Part shown: positions 51,830 through 64,000 of the stretch, piece after piece | Numbering within the stretch: the stretch's first letter is position 1 | Layout of the letters: each line of letters starts with the position of its first letter | NCBI RefSeq assembly: GCF_006345805.1 | Contig: NC_042999.1 | Location: 69,254,001-69,318,000 of the forward strand | Direction: 5' to 3' | DNA from: Octopus sinensis | Lineage: Eukaryota | Length of the DNA stretch: 64,000 nucleotides | Notes under the pieces: generated by a model | Seen by the model: only the letters and a program-made list of their open reading frames with translations | Told to the model about the DNA's origin: nothing | Databases searched by the model: none | Program-made: the position numbers and the translations under genes

Positions 51830-52440
51830 ATTTAGAAAACTATTTTTTCATGGCTGGATTTTTAAGAGTGAGAAGAACTAATAATTATACTACTGAGATG
51901 ATCACAGGTGAGGATAGACTGGAAACTGAACTGTAGGTAGCGAGTTTGGCTTCTTGGATTAAAATTGCCTCTTTTGACGATCAGGTGCTGGAGTGGGTGC
52001 ATTGCTATGCCAGAACCTGTAATTCTAGCGTCCGATTTCAGCCTCCTGCTTCCCAACATTCAGGAATATGATCCCAAAATGCTTAAACTGTTCCACTTGC
52101 TTTGGTGATGTTCCATTAACATGCAAAGCACATTGAGAAGACATTCTTGAGAGGACCAATGTCTCAATTTTCACAACATTCTTTTTCATCCCTGCTTTGC
52201 AGCACTCAAATATTTCTTTGCATTGAGAGGTCACAGCTCCAGTATTATGGAGATGTGATTAGAATGTCACAGGAAAAAATTGCAAAATGGATTCTTCAAG
52301 CTGAGCCAAACAACAGAAGATCAAATGGTAGACCAAGAATGAGATGGTTCAAATTGGTCATGCTTAGGAATCCAGGCAGAAAGTATAATGACAGTTGCCT
52401 CCAATAGGACTCTATGGAGGAGGTGCATAAGAATTTTTTG
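51830..52440. mobile_element. Degraded RTE-type LINE fragment with an internal inversion
   Basis: Minus part KIETLVLSR...QVEQFKHFGI...EIGR (about 52205-51830); plus part IERSQLQYYGDVIRM...GRPRMRW (about 52210-52440). Confidence 0.7.
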
Positions 52441-53469
52441 CCTTGCAACTCTTCCAGGAATTGTGGACCGAGAAAAACAGGTTGTTTATTGAGATGTTAT
52501 AGAGACTGAGAGCCACATATGTGGACTTGAAATGGGATCAAATGACATTCATGACTTTCCTAAATTAACATAGACATGAAGGAAAATTCTACAATTAAGA
52601 ATAAAACCTGTGTATAAAACCTTGGTATGAGGTTAGAGTGACCATGTGTCTAACAGTTTAGTGACCATATCTTTCATGTTATGGTAGCCAAACCATTGGG
52701 GTTAGAGTGACCAAGCTTAGGTTAAAATAGCCATACCTCTTAAAGTAAAGTGACCATACCAGAGGTTACAGAGAGCATATTTCAGGTTGTACGTTATAGT
52801 TATAGCTGTCAAGTTATAGTGACCAACACAACTGAGATTACTCACAAGAATTGGTTTAGGGATATCTGAAGAACCAGTTTAACAGACCAAAGAAGAGGGG
52901 AGAAAGAGATGATGAGGATGATAAGGAGGAGGAGGTGAGAAGCCATTATCTGATTCCTTTGTTCTATATAAAGTTTTAACTTAGAAAGAAAGAAAAAACA
53001 AAAATATAATTTGATATGGATTTTGAGTAAGAATATGGAATGGTAATAAATGGCACCACAAGATGCAATATAGCTTTTTTCTTTTTTTTTTTCTTTTTTT
53101 TGTATATTTTTTAAACATATTTACAAAAAGAAAACAAGAATAAAAATATTTTCAAATAATGTCAATAACAGACGAAGAGTTGGATGCCATTGTTAAAATT
53201 TTGAATAGATAATATATACATACATATATAGTCATAAATGACAGAGAAATATATATATATATATATTTGTGAGTGCATGTGTGTATATAAATATATATAT
53301 ATGTATTTGTTAATATTTGTTTTCTATGTTCAGTAATAATAAAAACAATTTTACGTTAATCTGGAGGGTTACTCTATATTTCTGTAGGGTAAAAATTTAT
53401 TATTCTTAAGCAACAATATTATTGATAGTGACTTCAAAGTCACTATCAATGATATTCTTCTTTAAGAAC

Positions 53470-54960
<1,491 letters not shown>

Positions 54961-55340
54961 GTATGTATGTACATTGCTTTTTTTCTTATATTCTTTTTTC
55001 ATTTTTTAGTGAATAAAATTTCCAGATCATAGATAACAGTCAACTCTTAAAAATATTACATAGATCATCAACGACAATTTCTCGTTTTCACAACTCTCAT
55101 GGTTCGTTAATTAACCAAGACGTTAAAGTAACCAAGACTGAAACAGAGATGGGAGTGGGGTGGGGCAGGGGATGGGCATACGGAATACAATTTTTTTTTT
55201 GTTTATATTTTGTCATATTTCATTAGTTTTGCTTTTTAAATGCGAGTGGTATATAAGGATGGTTTCTGAAATGTCTTGGTTGCCTGAAGGAGAAATAAAG
55301 TTTTTAGAGTTAGAATCTTTCACATGAAAAAACATTAACA

Positions 55341-55499
55341 TTATGCCATAAACAGCTCTATGTATCGGTTGCCAATGTTGTTTCGATTCCGTTCAGTAAT
55401 GGCTCGCTCAGCTTCACAACGAGAACCAAAAGTGATGAGTGCATCACCGTTGGGGCGGCCATCTGTGTTTTGTTGGATCTGTACTGATTCTGGTGACAC
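55341..55499 (-). CDS. ESRP1/2: ESRP/fusilli terminal coding exon (VSPESVQIQQNTDGRPNGDALITF...NRYIELFMA*)
   Basis: Acceptor ttgcag; 159 nt = 52 aa plus TAA, phase 0. It completes the quasi-RRM (GRPNGDA, RYIELF). Found by manual translation; below the supplied ORF track cutoff. Confidence 0.9.
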   Translation of the reverse strand: MSPESVQIQQNTDGRPNGDALITFGSRCEAERAITERNRNNIGNRYIELFMA

Positions 55500-56364
55500 C
55501 TGCAATTCCAGAAAATGAAGATCGTTAACAATAAGGACTTGAATGGAAAGAATCTAAATGAATACCACTTAATACAAAATAAGATTACTTTATTTTTATT
55601 ATTATTATTTTGTTTTGTTTTGCTTAAAAAATGTTAGAATGGACAAAAATTTACTTTGAAGAACAGAAAAAGCTTCACTACACCCAAGAAGCATGCAAAG
55701 CAAGCAAGTTGTAATAGAAGTGTGACATGTACCTGTGAGTTTCTTGACGAACTCTGCTACAAGAACCAAAATTAAAAGAGAAACAGCTGTAACATTTTTA
55801 AGGGTTGGAAAACAAAAGAAATAAGAAGAATTCAGACACTTTACAATCCTTCACCAAGCCAGCATCATTTTTTCGTTTTGTTTTGGGTTTTTTTTATACA
55901 TTAAAAAAAGAATTGTCTCAAAGTGAAAAATTTTACAAAATATATTTGTTCCTAAAATTATGCCAAGTTGGCTGATTAAAACCAACTGAGGTTCTTAATC
56001 AGCCTAGGTTAATCCCAATGAAATATTAAACCACCTGGATATTAGGATTAGTTTGTTTCATCCCTTGTAAGTTAACAGCCGTACAGATATAATTTTATTG
56101 AAATGAAAAAAAAAATCAATTAAAAATAATTGGGCAGTGGGTGGGGGTCACCCTGAAGAAATAATTAGTGAGGTCACCCAAAAGGTATGATTTAGTGGAG
56201 CAGGGGTCACCAGAGGTAAGTTTTGTTGAGAAACTATTGTTTGTTTCAGTAGAATTTTCCCCACAAAAGCAAAAATTTTAAAATAGAAAATAAAATGAAG
56301 CAGAATTTTATTGGACTTCTCATTGAGTGTATGTGCATATCTAACTGGGACCACATTGGTTACA

Positions 56365-56660
56365 ACAATAAAGAGTCAAATTGATCTGATCAAAGGAACA
56401 GCCTGCTCATGAAATTAACGTGCAACTGGCTGAGCACTCCACAGACACATGTACCCTTAACATAGTTCTCAAGGAGATTCAGTGCGAGACAGAATGTGAC
56501 AAGGCTGGCCCCTTAGAATTACAAGTACAACTCATGTCTGTGAACAGAATGTACTGGAACATGAAATAAAGTGTCTTGTTCACAGATACCACTGGGAATT
56601 GAACTCACAGCCTTATGATTGTGAGCCAAATACCCTAACTGTTAATCCATGCACCCTCTC
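56365..56660 (-). mobile_element. SINE family D copy (last ESRP intron)
   Basis: Matches 29934-30302. Confidence 0.8.
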
Positions 56661-56695
56661 TAGCAACGTGCATGTATACATTGGAGGTAGATATA

Positions 56696-56928
56696 CAGGG
56701 TTGGCCAAAAGTCACCCGACAGTAAATCGAAATTCCATAAATACTACCTGTATTTCTGTATTGATTCTAATAGAAAAAATGCGTCGCTCAAGAAGGACTT
56801 CAGTTTGAACAATTCCCATGATGTTTCTTATTTCGATGCTTTTATTGAATTCATTCAGTTGTTAAACATAAAAAATCTTGGAATTAAATGGCCTTGATTT
56901 ACTGTCAGGTGACTTTTGGCCAACCCTG
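56696..56928. mobile_element. Tc1/mariner-type MITE, 233 bp
   Basis: TIRs cagggttggccaaaagtcacc / ggtgacttttggccaaccctg with TA duplication; about 80 bp from the ESRP donor at 57006. Confidence 0.9.
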
Positions 56929-57005
56929 TACATTGCAGTCTTTTCAGAATAGAAAATAGTAAAGGAGTAGAGAAGCATGCTGTTTTAGAAATGAGTGGCA
57001 CTTAC

Positions 57006-57280
57006 CTCAGGGAATCCTTGGAAGAAGTTGACAATATCTTGGACAGATGAGTTATAGGGAAGACCTCTCATTACAACAACAGATGGACCATTTTGAGCAT
57101 AGTAGGTCTGTGGGGAAACGGGTGGACTTGGGTACCAGTAAAAGACAGGAGGATAATATGAAGGTCGTGGAGGCAAGTGTGCCAAAGTTGGATGGGGAAA
57201 AGAAGGTACAGTTTGTGGAATATGACTGTAAGGAATTGCTCCTGTAAGTGCATTTGGTGTTGGAATGAGAGAAGTGCCAT
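57006..57280 (-). CDS. ESRP1/2: ESRP/fusilli exon: Pro/Tyr-rich linker (YWYPSPPVSP) and first half of a fourth quasi-RRM (VVVMRGLPYNSSVQDIVNFFQGFPE)
   Basis: Acceptor ttttctag and donor gtaagt; 275 nt, phase 1/0. YPSPPVSP and MRGLPY...NFFQG resemble the ESRP C-terminal region. Confidence 0.92.
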
Positions 57281-57562
57281 CTAGAAAAAAAAACATACAA
57301 AAAAAATGGTTCAGGAGTGAGATAAAATTCAAGGTAAAACTATAAGGATGGAGAGGAAGGAAGTGAAGAATATGGTATCTGAGACATTGATTGTAAAAGA
57401 CTTTCTAACAAGAGCCTTTAGAGCAGTGATTCTCAACCATTTTTTGCCTTTGGACCAATTTGATTCCTGTTCTACTCTACTGGACCCTCACAGCTATTCG
57501 ATGTTTAAAAAATTTCCATTATATTTTGTTAGAATTAAATATTATAAATTGTAAAAAAAAAT

Positions 57563-57750
57563 TCAGTTCTATATTTGAAAGATGAGGAATTATGTACATT
57601 ATTTATGTTATTTACATTTGATGGATATTTGTTCTCATCTTGTTTGCTGTTAACACTACTTTTTGGCTGATGTACTCTCCAGCCTTCATCAAGTGTCCTG
57701 GAGGTATTTCGAACCTGGATTTTCATTCCTAAGGTACTTTTCTGATGTTG

Positions 57751-57787
<37 letters not shown>

Positions 57788-58150
57788 CATTATTATCATT
57801 ATTCAAGTCATAGCCTGGAATCAAACTTGGAATCTTGGGGTCAGTAGCCCATGCTCTTAACCACTACGCCCTTGGGGTTAGTAGCCGGCACTCTTAACCA
57901 CGACGCTTATATCCCCACAGGCATATGGCGTAGTGGTTAAGAGTATGGGCTACTAATCCCAAGATTCCAAGCAGTAATCTGAACAACAACGACGACGTTG
58001 TCGTCATCATCGGAATTATACCTTAGGAATGAGAACCCTGGTTCAAAAATCCCTCAGGACACCTGATGAAGGCTGGAGGGTATATCAGCCAAAACGTTAT
58101 GTTAACAACAAAGATGAGGATAAATATCTGACAAATGTAAATAATGTAAA
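57563..58150. mobile_element. tRNA-headed fold-back element, copy 3 (ESRP intron)
   Basis: Minus unit with a partly duplicated head plus a plus unit (gcatatggcgtagtggttaag at 57921); tails inverted. Confidence 0.85.
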
Positions 58151-58680
58151 TACAAAAAAGTGTTAAAGACATTTTGTGTGCTGTAGAAATATAACTGGTT
58201 TATTGCACATATTTTTAAACAGCAAAATTTTATGTGCGCTGTGGATGAGAAGCACTGCTTTGGGGAGAGGAAATATAAGGAAAATAATGTTAGCTATAGA
58301 ATACTGGGACTACAAATAATTGTTACATGAAAAGCAAGTCTTCGGTGCTGTTGCTATCCCAAGAGTCCAATCATCTTTGGTTATAAATATCTAATGTATT
58401 ACATCTGTGTTGGAAATGGACTGCATTTGCCAGAATATAAGCTACCCATATTCTATAAGGACATTTTGCGGAAAAAAATAAATCTATTATATATTTTGTT
58501 ATGCACTAATGGAAATATATTTTAAAGTGGTTTTTGTAAGGGAAAATGTATGATTCTCTACATGTAAATACAATATTCTGACCGTATACTAAAATAAGGT
58601 ATGGAATCATAAATTGATCATAAACTGTTATGAGAGTACTCTGTGTTAACTTTATCTTGTTTCAGATTAACTGTACAATT

Positions 58681-59100
58681 CAGTTCTATATTTAAGAGAT
58701 GAGGTATTATGTACATTATTTACATTTGATGGATATTTATCCTCATCATGTTTGTTAACACGTTTCAACTGATATGCTCTCCAGCCTTCATCAGGTGTCT
58801 TGGGGAAATTTCGAACCTGGGTTCTCATTCCTAAGGTATTTTTCAATATTATTATTATTATTATTATTTTTATTCAGGTCCCTGCTGGGAATCAAACTCG
58901 GAATCTTGGGGTTAGTAGCCCATGCTCTTAATCACTATGCCATATGCATAATAACATCGAAAAATACCTTAGGAATGAGAACCCAGGTTCAAAATTACCC
59001 CAAGACACCTGATGAAGGCTGGAGGGTATATCAGCCAAAACGTTGTGTTAACAACAAACAAGATGAGGACAAATATCCATCAAATGTAAATAATGTAAAT
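58681..59100 (-). mobile_element. tRNA-headed fold-back element, copy 4 (ESRP intron)
   Basis: Complete minus unit (head 58873-58948) with an inverted tail joined directly to the head. Confidence 0.87.
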
Positions 59101-59434
59101 AATAGAATAATAGAATAAATACCAGACTTTAAAAAAAATAAAAAAGAAAAGAAATATTAGGGCCAATTCATTCAACTAAGAATTTCTACAAAGTGGTGCT
59201 CCAGAATGGCCACAGTCAAATGATTGGAACAAGTAAAAGATAAAAGTAAAGAGTAATAATTACTGTTCCTAACAGACCAATTCTCATCTGGCTCCCTATC
59301 TATGGCACTGGGTCCCCCATCCTTATTGCTACAATAGACACTGGGTAATTTTTGAATACATTCAAAATCAAAAACTGCTTCTTATACATCAGGAAATACT
59401 GTAATCAAACGATGGTAAAAGTTCTTTGTCTTAC

Positions 59435-59660
59435 GTGGTGGTGCAAACATTGGACGTGGCATTATGGGAGGATGAGATGGAAGTATGGTTGGAACGCCGT
59501 TGGCCAAAACAAGGTTCATATCATCTGCAGAGCACTGAATGACATCTATGACGCGCTTCTTGTTGGAAAAAATCATAGGTTTTTTGTGTTTGTTGATGCC
59601 TGTCATGTGTGCTGAATCTTCAGAGTTCATCTGTATGAAAGCTTCTCCAGAAAGTTCACC
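59435..59660 (-). CDS. ESRP1/2: ESRP/fusilli exon: second half of RRM3 (GELSGEAFIQMNSEDSAH...VIQCSADDMNLVL...APP)
   Basis: Acceptor ccttcag and donor gtaaga; 226 nt, phase 0/1. It continues the previous exon in frame, and the SGEAFIQM...QCS motif is typical of ESRP RRM3. Confidence 0.93.
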
Positions 59661-59850
59661 CTGAAGGAAAAAGAGGTTTAAAGGTACAGACTACAAATTG
59701 TTGGTATTTCTTTTTATTAAAGACAGAATGTAACGTTATCAATGTCATTTTAATGTTTCCTTTTTCATACTTGTAATGGGTTAGACAAAATTCATTGAAG
59801 CAAATTTCTTTATGGCTGGATGCTTTTTCTGTCACTAACCTTCACCTTAT

Positions 59851-60003
59851 TTACATTATTTACTTTTGATGGATATTTGTCCTCATCTCATTTGTTGTTA
59901 ACACAACATTTCAGCTGATATACCCTCCAGCCTTTATCAGGTGTCTTGGGGAAATTTCCAATCTGGGTTCTCATTCCTAAGGTATTTTTCGATATTATTA
60001 TTA

Positions 60004-60034
<31 letters not shown>

Positions 60035-60035
60035 T

Positions 60036-60071
<36 letters not shown>

Positions 60072-60332
60072 GTTATTATTATTATTCAGGTCACTACCTA
60101 GAATCAAACTCCGAATCTTGGGGTTAGTAGACTGCACTCTTACACCATAATGATAATAAGATCAAAAAATACCTTAGAAATGAGAACCCAGGTCCGAAAT
60201 TTCCCCAAGACACTTGATGAAGGCCGGAGGGTATATCAGCCAAAACGTTGTGTTAACAACAAAGATGAGGACAAATATCCGTCAAATGTAAATAATGTAC
60301 ATAATTCCTCATCTCTTAAATATAGAACTGTA
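59851..60332 (-). mobile_element. tRNA-headed fold-back element, copy 5 (ESRP intron)
   Basis: Minus unit with a truncated head plus an inverted tail ending tatagaactgta. Confidence 0.87.
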
Positions 60333-60827
60333 TATCCTTCACGTGTCTTTAAGTTAGATAATACGTGACAGTTTATTACTGGTTTCACAGACGTTGGCAA
60401 ATATTTTGTTTGCTAAATCACATAAACAAGAGTTATCACTCCTGTTTAGATCCGTTGATCTGGGGGTAGCTTTGACTGTTGAGACACTAACACATTGGAT
60501 CACAAAGGAGTCTCAAAGATGGCTTACCTCAATGAATCAAGTGTGTTGTGAACACACATTGTCTGAAAGGAGAAGTTGTTCTCTCAAGTCATAATACTAC
60601 AGTGATTAACATATTTACATTCTTAATATGCTGAAATGTATTAAGAATGAAAATGACTGTCGTTGTTGCACTTAAATAAATTATGGTAAAAAGATTTACT
60701 TCAGATATAGTTACAAAAATAGAACCAGGTTGAAGTAGGATGAAATTAAAAAGTTAATCACCGTTTTGCTTCACTGAACCACTACAAAGACAAGACAGAA
60801 ATGAGGAGAAAATATATTAAGGAAAGT

Positions 60828-60989
60828 AGGCATGGCTCTGTGGTAAGTAGCTTACTTCTCAACCACATGGCTCCAGGCTCATTCCCACTGCATGGCACCT
60901 TTGGCAAGTGTCTTCTACTATAACCTTAGGCCAACCAAAAGTTTTGGGGCTGGATTTAGTAGACGGAAACGAAAGGAACCCATTGTGTA

Positions 60990-61000
<11 letters not shown>
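60828..61000 (+). mobile_element. SINE family A, 5' half, ending in the TA tract that hosts the Tc1
   Basis: Head and core match family A. Confidence 0.82.
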
Positions 61001-61043
<43 letters not shown>

Positions 61044-61046
<3 letters not shown>

Positions 61047-62635
61047 TTGCAGTCAAAATGTTCAGAACGGCATTGTTTTCGTTAGAAAAGTAGGTATAAT
61101 TTTTTATCAAAGTTGTTTTCTATTCTATAATTTTCACAGACAATAAATACGATATTAATTGTTATTGTCTGAGATTTTGGTGTAATGTGAGAGGATAAAG
61201 TTATGGATGATTTAGGGATTTACTGCAAAACCCATGCTGGCCAAAATGATCAGAACGGTTGAAAAAATAACAAAATAATCAAAAATGACAGCGAATACTG
61301 GAATTATTTAATATTTAGTGTGAAGCTCTTTAGCTTCAATCACACTTTGACATCTTCAACTGCATGAGGAAATTAAATTTTCAATTTCTTGCTGGGTGAA
61401 CTTATTTCATTCTTCCTGAAGGGCATTCCATAATTGCTCAGTTGTTTTAGGATTTTTGGCTTTCGAACGTTCTCCTAGAATATTCCACACATTTTCAATA
61501 GGATTGAGATCTGGGCTTTGAGCAGGCCAATCCATAACAATAACCTTTTCAGCCTTGAGAAAGTTCATGACCACCTTAGTCTTGTGACATGGAGCATTGC
61601 CCTGCATGAATATGGGTGATTGCTTAGTTGAATTTCTCAGCACAGGCAAGGCATGATCTTTTACAAGTTGTTTATAAACTCCTGCATTTACCTTTCCATG
61701 TAATCGCACCAAAAGGCCCACACCATCTCCAGATATCATCCTCCAAACCATGACACTTCCTCCGCCGAATTTAACACTAGTCTTAAGGCATTTAGGCGAC
61801 AATTTTTCACCTACTTTTCGATGAACGTACCTTTTCCCATCTGAGCCAAATAACATAAACTTAGATTCATCACTGAAATGCACCGTTTGCCATTTTTCTT
61901 GAGACCACAACACATGTTCGGTTGCAAAGATAAGACGACACTTTTTATTCTTGGAGCTGATCATTGGCTTCACTGCAGGTGCTCATGCTTGTAGGTCATG
62001 TTCAACTAAACGATGAGACACAGTTTTTCGAGATAAAGTTTTCTTCAGTACAATGCTCATTTCCCGAGAAACAGCAGCAGCAGTTTTAAATCTGTCCATT
62101 TTAACCAACTTTACCATAGCACGATCTCTCTTGGTCGTTTTTCTTGGCCTACCTGTAGACTTTCTTGCTTCACACGAACTACAATCATCGTAGACCTTAA
62201 GAATACCGTGAACAACACTTTTTGACTTGTTAACAATCTTTGCAATAGACCCAATACTTAACTTATCCTTTTTTTGAAGCTTAATAATCTGCTGACGAAT
62301 TGGTAACGGAGTAAGTGGCATTATATTAACAAAGTACACTGCAGATATTCTTACTAATGATTAGTAAACGAACCGTCATGTAAACAAATTCAAAACATTA
62401 GGGTTCGCCGGTTAAATATACTAAAACACGGAGTAAAAGCAACTGTTCTGATCATTTTGGCCACCATGGATTTTGCAGTAAATCACTAAATCATCCATAA
62501 CTTTTGTATTATCCTCTCAAATTACACCAAAATCTCAGAAATCTGTGAAAATTATAGAATATAAAACAACTTTGATAAAAAATTATACCTACTTTTCTGA
62601 CGAAAACAATGCCGTTCTGAACATTTTGGCCGCAA

Positions 62636-62638
<3 letters not shown>
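61044..62638 (-). mobile_element. Full-length Tc1-family DNA transposon with long IR/DR-type terminal inverted repeats
   Basis: Ends cagttgcagtcaaaatgttcagaac / gttctgaacattttggccgcaactg flanked by TA; TIRs of about 210 bp with inner direct repeats (ggccaaaatgatcagaac); inserted in a (TA)n tract within an ESRP intron. Confidence 0.93.
61308..62321 (-). pseudogene. Tc1 transposase pseudogene, 338 codons, DD34E-type
   Basis: One reading frame (MPLTPLPIRQ...HTKY*) with three internal TGA stops. HFSDESKF and PDLNPIENVW are present; the second catalytic D is mutated (QDNAP reads QGNAP). Confidence 0.9.
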
Positions 62639-62672
<34 letters not shown>

Positions 62673-62675
<3 letters not shown>

Positions 62676-62972
62676 ACCCCGGACTTATTTTTTGTAAGCC
62701 TAGTACTTATTCTATTGGTCTCTTTTGCCGAACCGCTAATTTATGACAGCATAAACACACCAACATCGGTTGTCAAGCGATGGTGGGCAGACAAACATAC
62801 ACACACACACACAAATATGACAGGCTTCTTTCAGTTCCCATCTACCAAATCTACTCACAAGGCTTTGGTTGACCTGAGGGTATAGAAGACACTTGCCCAA
62901 CATGCTATGCAGTGGAACTGAACACGGAACCATGTGGTTGGGAAGCAAGCTACTTACCACACAGCCATTCCT
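62673..62972 (-). mobile_element. SINE family A copy
   Basis: Reverse-complement match to family A. Confidence 0.85.
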
Positions 62973-63362
62973 GTACCCATATATCTATGAGTGAGTGTAT
63001 TTGTGTCTGTGTTTATTTCCCATTATCACTTGACAAGAGGTGTTGGTTTGTTAACATCCCTGTAACTTAGTGGTTCGGTAAAAGAGTGATAGAATAAGTA
63101 CCAATCTTTAAAAAGAAATAAGAACTGGAGTCATTTCATTTGACTAAAATTCTTCAAAGCGGTGCCCCAGCATGGCCTCAGTCTAATGACTGAAACTAGT
63201 AAACAACAGAAGATAATGAAAGGAAACAGGAAGAGCAGAAATAAGAGGCAAGTAGAGAGAAGGGGACGGACAGAGATGACCAACATAGAAGAGAGGTTAA
63301 GGGGAAAAGAAGAGATAAAGAGAGAAGAGAGTGAAAATAAGGGGTGAAGCAGACCTACTCAC

Positions 63363-63611
63363 ATTAGCACCATAAACCATATGAACTCCTTGATAAACAA
63401 TAAATTGGGAATATTCTCCAAGGTAAGTCAAGATATCAGTGACATGGGCCCCAGTTGGAAGGTTTCGTAACCGTATACAGTCGCGCTTGCGAGATGCAGA
63501 AATCATGTTGTGTGGTACCAAAGGCCCAGATGTTGGATGTGTAGCTATCAGTGGTGGAAGAGCAGTTTCCTGTTGTTCAGGGTTCCTTGGGTCCATGCTA
63601 CGGTTTAGCAC
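63363..63611 (-). CDS. ESRP1/2: ESRP/fusilli exon: end of RRM2, linker and first half of RRM3 (VLNRSMDP...RDCIRLRNLP...QGVHMVYGAN)
   Basis: Acceptor ttgtag at 63613-63612 and donor gtgagt from 63362; 249 nt, phase 0/0. The peptide matches ESRP/fusilli VLNR...RDCIRLRGLP...GVHMV. Upstream exons lie beyond the window. Confidence 0.93.
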
Positions 63612-64000
63612 CTACAACAAACAAAACAACATTGTATAGAGATTTATCTTGGTTAAACTTAACCAGGTGCCTTGTAGTATTTGGAGGAAATTCCTTCTTC
63701 TATTGGTAAACATTTTATATAAGTAATTGTTACATTATGAACTCTCTAACATTCAGTGCAACTGTTTCACTTTTTTTCTGTATCCTATTGGTTCTTTTAA
63801 AGGTCAAGTTAGCACCACATTCTTTTGAAGATCTTAGTAATTAACTTAGAGTCACAATGTGTCTAATGTCTCGGTGAGTAACAACAGGCTAGATATAATA
63901 GAAATAGTATTGGTTTCAAAATTTGGCTCAAGGCCAGCAATTTTAAGGGAGAGTGCTAGTTGATTACATTGACCCCAGAGCATAACTGGTACTATTTTAT

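Noticed and set aside
57047-57300. Overlapping ORFs in other frames and on the + strand over ESRP exons (also 59352-59615 and 63439-63639)
   Set aside because: The ESRP frame is supported by splice sites, phase continuity and homology; the others are shadows.
58873-58948. tRNA genes at SINE and fold-back element heads
   Set aside because: A/B boxes and an anticodon-like arm are present, but there is no closing acceptor stem and the sequence continues into repeat bodies.

Overview
Eukaryotic, very repeat-rich, AT-rich genomic DNA, most likely from an octopus (inferred from the tRNA-derived SINE families, dense TA/CA/AAT microsatellites and the encoded protein; not confirmed by a search). The only host gene I can support is the 3' end of an ESRP/fusilli splicing-regulator gene on the minus strand: four exons (63611-63363, 59660-59435, 57280-57006, 55499-55341) with canonical AG/GT sites and consistent phases, encoding RRM3, a Pro/Tyr-rich linker and a complete fourth quasi-RRM. 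The rest is mobile DNA: a near-full-length RTE LINE with a 1100-codon ORF but a mutated catalytic motif, an IR/DR Tc1 with nonsense mutations, three mariner relics, several MITEs, CR1 3' ends, four SINE families in many copies, a 79-bp higher-order minisatellite and a 4.4-kb (TA)n-GTTTT satellite. The most interesting signal is a set of minimal type I hammerhead-ribozyme motifs (CUGANGA...GAAA...UH with short palindromic stem III) from several distinct families, mostly in fold-back elements resembling Penelope-like pseudo-LTRs. One family has five copies, each combining a tRNA-like Pol III head, an (AAT)n spacer and a hammerhead tail plus an inverted tail copy; three of these sit in ESRP introns around one exon. 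Most of the supplied short ORFs are microsatellite or repeat artefacts.
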